Below are positions 1 to 10,480 of a DNA stretch of 64,000 nucleotides, piece by piece. The notes beneath the pieces were generated by a model, which did no database searches, was not told where the DNA came from, and saw only the letters and a program-made list of their open reading frames with translations. The stretch is from Tubulanus polymorphus (Eukaryota > Animalia > Nemertea): contig NC_134025.1 in NCBI RefSeq assembly GCF_964204645.1, positions 26,702,299 to 26,766,298 on the forward strand, in the 5' to 3' direction. The position numbers and the translations under genes are program-made. Each line of letters begins with the position of its first letter. The first letter of the stretch is position 1.

Positions 1-1801
1 TGAATGAGGTATACTGGTATTTGTATGCAACTGTTATATCTTGATAAAACGTTTCTGTTACTAAAAAACCTGGTATATTTTCAGGAGTTGACGCCATTGG
101 GTTACCATCTGGCTTTCCTTCCCGTTGATGTCAGGTATTGTGAAATATAAATAACTGATGAAAATCGTTAAGACTACTGTTATTGTATGTAAATGAATTC
201 TCATACGGACCAGTATTTATTTGAAGGATTGGAAAACTGATGTTATTTGGTGCAATTTTCCGGTGTCTTGACCCAGCCCTGACCATTGCTGCTTGTCTTA
301 GTTTTAAGTCTCCTTTTGTAAGTACTATGGTGTTATGATAATGTATCTCGCTATAAGCTTAGGGTTGAGTGGTTGCTCATTTTGTTTTAACGACTTCGTA
401 TCCTCTCGGAAATTCAGGTGGCTCCTTTCGATAAACGAGATGACGCCGACAAGAAGAAATTAGAGTTTGCTACTGGGAACAGTGACCACTTGACTGTACT
501 GAAGGCTTATAAAGGTTGGACCTCTGCCTGTAAAACTGGACATCAATATGCATATCGTTATTGCCAGGATAATTATCTATCGATAAAAACTATGCAGGTT
601 TGAATATTTAGAAGTATTTTACATGTGTTTTTTGACATTTTTCACTCGAATGATGTATCTCTCAATAATACACAGATGCTGGCCAGTTTGAAGCGTCAGT
701 TTGTTGAACTGTTATCGGATATTGGATTTGTAATTGAGAATATAACAGCTAGAGATATTGAGAGAAGGGTGCGAGATCGCAGTGATGGGGTATCGGAAGC
801 TACTGGAGAGCAGGTAGGCAGTCTTATCTTATTAAGAGCTGGATTTTGATATGTTACATTCATGTACTATTTCTATATACCGGTATATTTCTTTATATCT
901 AGTATAATATCAACAGTGAGAACATTCGCCTCGTATCTGCAATGTTATGTGCTGCTCTTTATCCAAATGTGGTACAGATAATGACGCCTGAAGTAAGATA
1001 TAAAGACAGTAGCGCAGGTGAGTTGGGCTGAATTTTATTTAGTCATCATTAAGATAACAAGCTTCCATGTGTATAGTGACGCATGTTTTTAACTTTAGGA
1101 GCGGTTGTGAAGCCACCAAAACCTGATGAATTGAAACTAAAAACTAAGGCTGATGGTTATGTAAGTCAAACACTGCTAGATAAAATGTCTTATATTAGGT
1201 ACCAACATAGAGAGGATATGGCATACATATAGGTGCTGGTAATTTGATTTTTTAGGTGAACATACATCCAAGTTCTATCAATTTTCAAGTGAACTATTAT
1301 GAAAGCCCATACCTGGTTTACCATGAGAAAGTGAAAACTTCAAAGGTGATTGGAATATGAAAGAATCTTTTCTCAATTTCATAGCCAAGATGAAAGAAAT
1401 GCTTCTTAAGATACAAATACCGGTTATTTTTCAGGTGTACCTGCGAGATTGTTCAATGGCATCACCATATTCTCTGATTCTATTTGGTGGATCAGTTTCA
1501 ATAGACCTGTACAATTCTAGGTTTATCCTCTCTTTGGATGATGGCTGGATCAGATTTCTAGCTTCCTCTCACAAGGTAACTAAAATTTTTGACACTTTAT
1601 CTATATTCATATATTCATAAAATGAGCATTCAAAATTTTTTATCTCATTTAAAGGTAGCTGAACTCGTCCGAGAAATGCGTCAAGAATTGGATGAGCTGC
1701 TGGCAGAGAAGATTAATCAACCAGATATGGATCTATGTAACTGTCCAAGAGGAAGCCGCATTATAGATACCATAGTTCATCTTATAACTACTCAGCACTG
1801 A
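1..1801 (+). CDS. DHX57: ATP-dependent RNA helicase DHX57-like (DEAH box), 3' part; multi-exon, continues upstream of the window
   Basis: Spliced exons give [65 protein letters not shown] and [20 protein letters not shown] (HA2 and OB-fold regions). The C-terminus [23 protein letters not shown] resembles DHX57. GT-AG introns. Confidence 0.88.
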
Positions 1802-2017
1802 TGAATTCTCCGCAATAGTACTTAATAATAGTTTCATTGCTCAATGTGAGATATCTTTCATTAGAATGGTGCTATGTGAATAGGAGTTATAGATCTATAT
1901 AGTTATGAATAAATTATGAAGATGGTTTACTTTATATGATGACTTTGTTTTCCTTTGTAAATCAGACTAGTAGATCCTGCTTCCGTGCCTAGATGAATTT
2001 GTAAAGGGATCATCATG

Positions 2018-2206
2018 CTGTGGAACCTTGTTATAACCAACTTGGATACGATTCATCGGATATAACAAATACCAGTATAGATATTCAACCTAAAATAAGA
2101 CATTACATTAATTTCATGGTAGATTAACCATGGACTCATCGTTTTCGAGTCCACAGTATGACACAATATCTGGTCCTGTGAAGTTTGTTGTAATGAGGTT
2201 CCACCG
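2018..2206. mobile_element. MITE, Tc1/pogo-like, with degenerate terminal inverted repeats
   Basis: Left end CTGTGGAACCTTGTTATAAC; right end reverse complement CGGTGGAACCTCATTACAAC; TG on both flanks (possibly a decayed TA TSD). Confidence 0.65.
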
Positions 2207-3488
2207 TGTATTCAGACTGGGAGATCTTTGACCATTAATTAAAATGACTTGGTTTTCCTCTGTGAATTGAACTAGTGAAATCCTGTGTTTCTATGGCTAG
2301 ATGCTTTCCCGAGGGTTAAGATCATCCTGGTATTGACACATCTAATCCTGTACTACAAGTTGAACACCGAAGTCGGTCAGAAAAAAGTGATACATAAAAG
2401 ACACCATAATCAATTTTATTAAGAATTTTTATTATAAATACATGTACATGTGTATGTTTGTATGGAAGTCCAGTTATGTCTGAAGAAATGCACTGTCACA
2501 TGTCAACTCGTCTTCAACAGTAATTGCTGTAATACAAACAAACATCAATTAGTTACGGTCCGCAGGTTAATATGCAAACATACTACAAGTAATCTTAAAT
2601 ATTACCTTGATAAGCAAATGTTAATCTCATAGGTACATCAATGTATCATCAAGGCTTCTCACCATCTAAAGCCTGCCAGTAGTCGTCTAATACGCCATCA
2701 ATCTACATGTAAAAATTAATCAATCATTATTTCAAGAGAAATGCAACCGAATGCAACCTACCACTTATCATTAAGGACAACGATTTTGTTGTTAATCTCG
2801 GAATGCATAAAATTATACCTAACACATGTACAAATAAAGGCTCATCGTTGAATTTGGATCTGATCAATGTCTTAAAAGAACAACTTAAGCCTTGCCAACG
2901 TCTTATACGAGATAAAACAGTTCGATAATTGAAGAAATTTAGCGACAAGAAAGAATGGACCGCATTCCGCCAAACAGAATCTCAACACTAATCGCATCGA
3001 CGCGTAAATTAAACCGATTCATCAGATTAAACGAGCGCTTTTTACTACAAATCAGATTTATTAAAAATGCCAACACTGACAGAACATAAAAAGATACGAC
3101 GATATCTTAGATCGACAATGATCATCAGTTAGTTGCTTTTGCATTCAATTTTTTTTTCGTTAAAAAAAATCTGGTTACAAAAAGAGAAAGTGATCAATTT
3201 TAAAATCATTCGCCACGTTCACGATAAAACAACATTTATGCATTAAGAGGTGATGCATTTCAATCGAACATAAAGCGTATTTTGTTTTGCGACATGGAAT
3301 TTACTGCGAGTCTCTAATAACGATATAGCTTTTTTTAAGCGATGTGAACTTCCGTGTTCTACTTATTGTCTTAAGTATTCTATAATATTTCACGTGGTCC
3401 TCGACGTTCGACGACATTATCGTAAATTCTGTATTTTCCGACCGCCGCGTGGAATTCGTTCGTTCGTTCGCGATTCTCGATCATCGTA

Positions 3489-6400
3489 TTACTGTTGCAT
3501 TCCGCGACTTCGCGCACCAGATACACTGCCCGTAGCGTGACCGTAACTAGAGGGGAAAGATACAATACACAAATAATGACAGGAAAGAGGATGCCATCTG
3601 TGAAGGAAACTGATCAATCAGCGCTGATCAATTGATTCACATAATGATTATAAATATTTTGGTAAGGTATCGTTGAAAGCCAGTATTTTTCATACACCAC
3701 CGATTGAAACGATGATGATAAGAATACGAGTAGAGGATCGTTCTCTACATACCAATAACCAGGCGGTGGCTCTGCGGTCAGATCTATTTCAATGACTGGA
3801 GCATACAAATTATCCACACTTATTTATGGGCAGGTACAGAAACGCACAACACTAAATAACAGTGATCATTTATCACCAAAGATCCTTCAACAGAAATGAT
3901 TAATATTCCAGCTCATCACGTTGTTCTGATTATAGTAATTATGTAAGTATCTATCAACGACAGTGCATTCCGTAAACCGGTAGTTAGAATATGAGGCGGA
4001 CGGAAATGAATCATAGATAAATCATACATAATCTTAGAACTGAACTAAGCTAAAATTACATGATCAAACCTAACTAAAATACACAGTGATTTCTATTTAC
4101 TCACTCTCTGATGTCATCTCTGTCTCTGTATGAATCTCTTCTAAAATTATCGAAGAAAGTATGAATTAGATTCGGAATACTAAACTAAACGAATCGATAA
4201 ACATCATAGATAATCGTAAGAACTTACCTTCTAAATCCATCATCAAAGTATGGGTCAGGTGGATGCGGTCTGAAAAAATACGAAACGGTTTTCAGATCCT
4301 CAAAACCCACATTTCTTTGGGTCATTTTAATCAATTTTCAAATTTCATTAATTGTGACATATGTCTTAGTTATTCTCACTTCTTTCATATTGTATGTGGT
4401 TTTTTATCTTAAAATTTATCTTTGTGTTTTAGAGCTTTTTCGAATAAAGTGCTTATAGCTTTCTAATTTCTGGTCCTATACATCACTATCAAACTCGGAT
4501 ATTTCTTTTTCTCAGTTCGACAAATTTCAGGATCCAAAAGAAATGACTTAAGCGTAAGGGGATTTAAAGGAAGTTTGTATAGTCAGGTTCCAAAATGAAC
4601 ATTTTGACGAGTACCTTCTATCTCTGTTGTAGTAATCCGGCGGAGGTCGTTGATACGGATCCCGTTCTCGGTATGGATCCTGCACAGGAGGTGGATAAGA
4701 TCCGCCGTATCGCGGCCGTCGGTCGTACGGATCATCGTAACGTCCGGCGTACCGATCGTGAGGTGGAGGGTATCTATCTCTCGGGGGATAAGGATCGTAA
4801 TACGGATCGTATCTATCGCGACCTCCGTACGGTGGCATATCACGTGGCGGTGTACGTCGGCCTCTTCTGCCTCCTCCTCCTCGGTTTCCTCTACTTCTAT
4901 AAATCGTATGAATAACGGCAATTGATTCGAATTATATAGTACATAAGTATAATCATTACAATTTACATTACCAGGGTGGCCACTTTTATTTGATTTGCAT
5001 ATCCTTGATACGCAAGTTGCCTGCCCTGATTTTGCCTGCTAAGAATCCTATAATTTAAAACAGCCAAAATCTGCAAAACATAGACGGAAACTGTTTGATT
5101 ATATACACAATTTCACTTTTCAATGTTTCATGTCTCAACTTTGCTGACTTTCAAAAAAATTTCTTTAACCCTTTCAGTGCTGACTAATTAATACCCTATA
5201 GTGCTGGAGATAATTTGAAAATTTAGAAAAATTCCACCCTAGTGTGTTGAATAACAGGAATACCTCTGTAGTGCGTCTACACCGCGGCATGGTATATCGT
5301 TAGTTACTAATATTTCACTATGTTTGACAGGTGCTGCCTTCTTTCAAGAGAGATAATCACTAATTACTAATTAAATCAATACACCGCAATGCGGTGTACT
5401 AGCAAAATCCATCACCAATTTATACACCGCATTGCGGTGTAGACGCACTGAAAGGGTTAAGAAAATCTCTTTAAGAATTCTCTGTAAGTAGCCACCCTGA
5501 TTATAATAGGACAATACAGACATAACCAGATAAGTTGAAATAACAAATCTAGGGGTATTGAATCCAAATGATGTTAATTAAAAGTTTTACATGGACAGAT
5601 TTGCTTTGTAGTGATATGGGCTTTGTCTATTCCTGAGTCGAGAGGAAGCTTATTTCGTTAGGTCATAAATAAATGCTATTAATTTAATCACAACTACATA
5701 GTATATTAATTGGGTTTCCATAAAAGTAACTCAACTTACTTCGGGCAATCTTTTGACCTAAAAATGAATAAAACAAATGAGGTTAACAACTTGATCACAA
5801 GCCATTTGGTTGTAAATAAAACTATAGTTGATAATATATAATGAAAGTATAGCTTACCAATGTCCACTACTACCACAACTAAAACAGCCACCTTGAACAC
5901 CCATTCCTGGTTTGTGGCGCACACTGCTGTATGATAACTATAGGAATAGGAGAAAAAGCTACTGTATTCATTTTTCAAAAGCATTTTTTCTACATTTCTC
6001 AGGAGTTCAAATGTTTGGCAGGGTGGCAGTTTATAGGAAGAATTGACATCATCATGCAGAGTTTACATTAAAAATTGATAGAGATCTTTTTTTAACATTC
6101 TTAAATGCAAGAAAAAAATAAACATGGGAATATTAACAAAGGTAACTCTCTGCAAAAACTCTGATGAAAACCTTCCAGAAAAGAAATTTGAAAGTAGGAT
6201 GATTTTTGTGGAAATCTGGGCTGGGAAATCTATACTTCAAGTAATAAAAAATGCCTAAATTGTTGAGACACGTAAGGATGGCTTACTTCTACTTTGATCG
6301 TGGCATCTTGGAATTCTGAATCATTTAAACCTGCAACTGCCGCTTTGGCGTCATCTGGCGTTTCAAAATGCTATGAATTAACAGATACATAAATCAAGAG

Positions 6401-6885
6401 TTAAAATCATTTCGAGATAATGGCTGCTAAGAATAAGCGTTCATTTAAATGAAACGGTTTTCTTTCTTACCACAAATCCATAATCTTTCACTATATCGCA
6501 TTCGACGACACGACCGTATTTTTCGAATAACGCTTGTAAATCGCCCTTACGACAACAGCTCGGTAAACTTCCAACGAATACTTTAGTCGATACAGTAGGA
6601 CCTCCACGTCTATCTCCACCACCTCTTCCACCACGTCCACCGCCACGACTGGAAATCAAATACGGACAGATATCAAAACTAAACGATGTAAACGCAGACT
6701 ACTTTAAGTTTGCGTGACCCACTGCAGTGCATGGTCTTATCGAGCTTATTTTGACAGTAAAAAGAGCGCTTAAATCGAATGCAGTTTCACAAAAAAATAG
6801 TTGTATGTACCCAGACTGATTTGTAAATATACATTATCGAGAATGAAACGAAATAAGAAGTTATTTACCCGTTTTGGTAAGCCAT
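3489..6885 (-). CDS. Lark/RBM4-like RNA-binding protein: RGG, one RRM, CCHC zinc knuckle, Arg/Asp/Tyr/Pro-rich tail
   Basis: ATG at 6885 (MAYQNG|RGGGRGG..). RRM KVFVGSLP..FEKYGRVVECDIVKDYGFV|HF; knuckle VRHKPGMGVQGGCFSCGSSGHW|SKDCPK. Downstream exons join in phase 2 and end DYGHATGSVSGARSRGMQQ*. The last exon is uncertain. Confidence 0.8.
4972..5499. mobile_element. Older hAT-like MITE (CAGGG...CCCTG ends) hosting a nested element
   Basis: Left CAGGGTGGCCACTT; right reverse complement CAGGGTGGCTACTT; intronic; TSD not clean. Confidence 0.6.
5169..5456. mobile_element. piggyBac-type MITE with TTAA TSD
   Basis: TTAA|CCCTTTCAGTGC ... GCACTGAAAGGG|TTAA: perfect 12-bp TIR and TTAA duplication; internal palindromes of the TACACCGC(A/T)ATGCGGTGTA type. 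Confidence 0.88.
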
Positions 6886-7191
6886 AATACCACTAATTCA
6901 CTAATTGCTTTTTACAATGAACGCCGCTGTCGCTAGGTGTCAGCAGCTGCTGGGTTCTATATCTAAAATGAGAACTGAAAGTCAAGGCACGCCGAATAAG
7001 AATATACGCTATAATCTGATAATACATTTCAAATGAAAATGCAAAATGACTTTTTTGTAAGATGTAAGTGCCTTATATCTATTTCGATTTAGCTCTTTTG
7101 TTGACATACGTTTTCAAAATCAAGTGTGTAAATAGGATTTTGTGGTCGTTTCGGCCTGACTTTCTCAGCAGTTATCATACATAAGGCCAAA

Positions 7192-10100
7192 ATGGAAGCA
7201 GGCAAAAAGCAACGCGTGAATAAAAACAAGAAGAAATCCTGGCGAAAACACATCGACATCAACGATGTCGAAGACTATTTAGACGATAAACGCCTCCAGG
7301 AAAGAACTGGGTACGAATTAATGATCGTCATCTTTATTCAATCAATTTTACAGTCAATAATGTCACCCAAAATAAAAGTCAAATTAAATTTTATTGCTTG
7401 AGGTTAATGATAGTAAATAGAATCCTGAATTTATATGTATTCGCAAAATCCAACAATGGTTACAACGTCTAAAGAATTGCTGTATTTATTTTGTAAGAGG
7501 TCTAATGAGGTAGGCTATGACGTAAGTTTGCTGGGGGCATGTGTGGTGTCGCTGTCGTTTGGTAGCCTTCCATTCCAGACACAGTGTTGACTACATTGTG
7601 TTGTGAAGTAATTAATTGTATGTGTATCTTTGCTTCATATAATGTAAACTTCAATTCCAGTGGATTGGTGGCTGAAAAACCTGATGAAGCATTATTCTTT
7701 GTCGATTCTAAAAAAGCTGTTGAGAAAGGTATGGAAATCTATAAGTTGAAGTATTAAATGTTAGTAAGATTGCAACTTTGATAAATTTACTTTCAATTAT
7801 AGTTTTACCAGTGAAACGCAAAAGGAAAGAGATTGGAAAACTTCGATGTTGGAAGAATCTAGAACCAGATCCAAATATCAAACCAGTTAATAGGTCAGTT
7901 TTTGGTAAATAGAAAGATGGAAGATAACAATTTACAATAGCTGGGTACAATTTTTCTTCTCTTTCAGTGGCAAAAATGTCCGAAAGAATTTTGAGAAACG
8001 TCTTTCTACTAAAGAAAAAGTAGCCCGTGAAAAAGGTATCGTCTCGAAAAAACAACTTCTAGTGGAGAGAAACAGGAAACTTTCACAAAGACTCCGTGAT
8101 AGAGCATTAAAAGAAAAAACAAAAGAACTGTGCGCAACGTATGATTTATGGGAGTCTGAACCAGGTACATGTTATTAAACTTACACTTCAAACTTAAACT
8201 GTAAAAAAGATTAGTCGGTTCTATTTAGAAACTAAGCTATGTTTGTTTGCTTAAATGGTGCTTCATTTTGCAGTTGTAACTGATCCACTTCACACAGAGG
8301 AACATTACATGAGAGTTACCAAGAAAATGCCTATCAAGGTAAAACTGTACTAGATTAACCTAGATTATTTGTTTTTAGTTGACCTGCAACTAGGCCTATA
8401 TATCATGTTTGGGACCTTAAAAATATTTCATCATGTTATTTTATGATTTTAATGTTTTACAGTATCCACTGATGAGGAAAAAGCCATCAGCAATAGATGC
8501 AGTCGAAGTGGCCCATCCTGGTGCATCTTACAATCCATCATATGAAGACCATAAAGTAAATGAAAAGACTATTGATTGTCTAGTGCACCCATGTTATAAA
8601 TTTACCTCTATCATTCATTTTACTTTTAGGAGCTCATTGATTTGGCTGTTCAAAGAGAAATTCAAAAGAAAAAAGCTGAAATGAAAATTATTCGTGCAAC
8701 AGATGCCAAAATGCCATCAAAAGCAAATGCTCCAACTGCGGTGAGTTATTATTCAAACTAATAATGATAATACTATTACTTTAAGGACTATTCTTAGATT
8801 CACTACACTTAAAGACCTTATGCAGAATTAGAACGAATGAATTATTGATCTCTGGGTTCCTGCAGCCCATAAAACTGAAAATCTGTGAACTCCATATTTA
8901 AGGGGAAAAAACTGGATGTTTTTCACCCAAATGTGATCATTAGGATAGAACAGTAAATCTGGTGAATATTAATATATTTAGGAGACTTGGTTGAAAGAAA
9001 TGAGTGGTGGGCTGTTTAATGATGAAGATGACGACGAAGATATGGAACACACCCCGGAAGAGCTGGAAAAACTCTCAGTCAATCCACCAATCAGACGAGA
9101 AGATAAGAAAACTAAGACGGAACGAAATAAAGAAAAGAAACAGAAACTCAAGGTTTGAATCGCTACTCTTTAAGACTATGTTCCTGTGTGACTATATATT
9201 TGGTGTTGAGGAATGATTACATTGTTTTGATCGTAGGAAGTAGAGATGCAAATGCTTAAAGAAAAGAAGTCAAAGGATAATGAGTTTTTCCGGTTGAAAG
9301 CATTAAAGAAAGAAGTATCCGAACGTGAAAGACTGATTGAAGAGAGGAGGTTGATTAAAAAAGCAGCCCAGTTGCAGGAGCCTTATAAAACTAAAAAATT
9401 AGGGAAAATGAAGTATCCTTTGAAATAGTGACATTGCATGACTTTCTCTTGCTGCGTAAAATTTTTCTCCTTAACCAAACCGAAGATTTGAAGAGCCAGA
9501 TCTGGAAGTTAAAATGACACAGGAACTTGAAGGTTCATTGCGGAAGTTAAAGGTTTGTTACCATAAATTCAGACTAATCATAACATTAAATGCGCATTTT
9601 AACTGAATAAGAAATATTTTCTTTTTGTTGTAGCCCGAGGGACATTTACTTATTGATCGTTTTAAGAATCTTCAGAAAAGAAATATCATTGAAACTAGAC
9701 AAAAAGCCAAGTAAGTTTCAACTGAATAATTAGATCGATAAACTATCAGTATTACAGATTCCTCCTTTTTCGGTACCCGTCAATTCAGAAATCTAAATTT
9801 GTGAACTTTCAATAAATCTGAATTACTCTGTGGAATATTAGCAGCTATGCTTGAATTCAAGTGATTTATTTATCAGGTTTGATAGAAGATATAAACTCAA
9901 ATTCCAAGAGAAGAGAAAACACAGAGAAGTTACGTGAGTATAGTTCATCCATCCTCCTTTCATTGACAAACAATTCAAACTAAACTTAGTAACAGTTTGA
10001 TTTTATTTGCACAAATTCAAAAGATTTCACAATTAACAAAGAAATCAGAAAATATATCGACAGTTTTAAAACTTTATTGCAGGTAAAAATTGTGCAATTG

Positions 10101-10218
10101 AACTCTCTTTAAAATTAATCATCCTGTCTCCATATCATTAACAAATATCGAAATCTTTTTCAATATTTCAGCACTCATCATGGTAAAATCAACAATTTTT
10201 TCTACTTCCAGGTTATGA
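7192..10218 (+). CDS. NOP53: Ribosome biogenesis protein NOP53 (GLTSCR2/PICT1), about 13 exons
   Basis: N-terminus KNKKKSWRKHIDINDVEDYLDD..ERTG|GLVAEKPDEALFFVD; AVEVAHPGASYNPSYEDH; C-terminus LEGSLRKLK|PEGHLLIDRFKNLQKRNIIE. The last exon at 10212 gives ..REVTL*. Confidence 0.93.
9413..9485 (+). other. U12-type (minor spliceosome) GT-AG intron in NOP53
   Basis: 5'ss GTATCCTTT; branch point TTCTCCTTAAC about 10 nt before the AG. Removal restores LGKMK|FEEPDLEV. Confidence 0.93.
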
Positions 10219-10480
10219 CGATAGAGATCTAGTCACTTCCATTTTCGGTCGAATCATTAAAGTTATACCATTTATTGAAATAATAAATTGTTTAACAGCA
10301 GGTATGCGTTTCGTTTTACTTTACATGATTTTACAAAATTGACTACGTAGATCCTAAGATGAATAGGAAGGTCTTTTAAATAGACTAGGACTAGATCGAA
10401 GCTACGACTTTTTGAACACATTTTGGTTGACAACACTTGGTTTCTGACAACAGCAGTACTATTCATTTGATTCGGGATGT

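Noticed and set aside
4548-4925. Four overlapping ORFs on both strands
   Set aside because: Shadow ORFs of the GC-rich, repetitive RD/Y/P exon. Only the minus-strand frame splices into the gene.
8830-8940. C/D snoRNA candidate in a NOP53 intron
   Set aside because: The C box is poor, there is no terminal D box with a stem, and I could not identify an rRNA complement.
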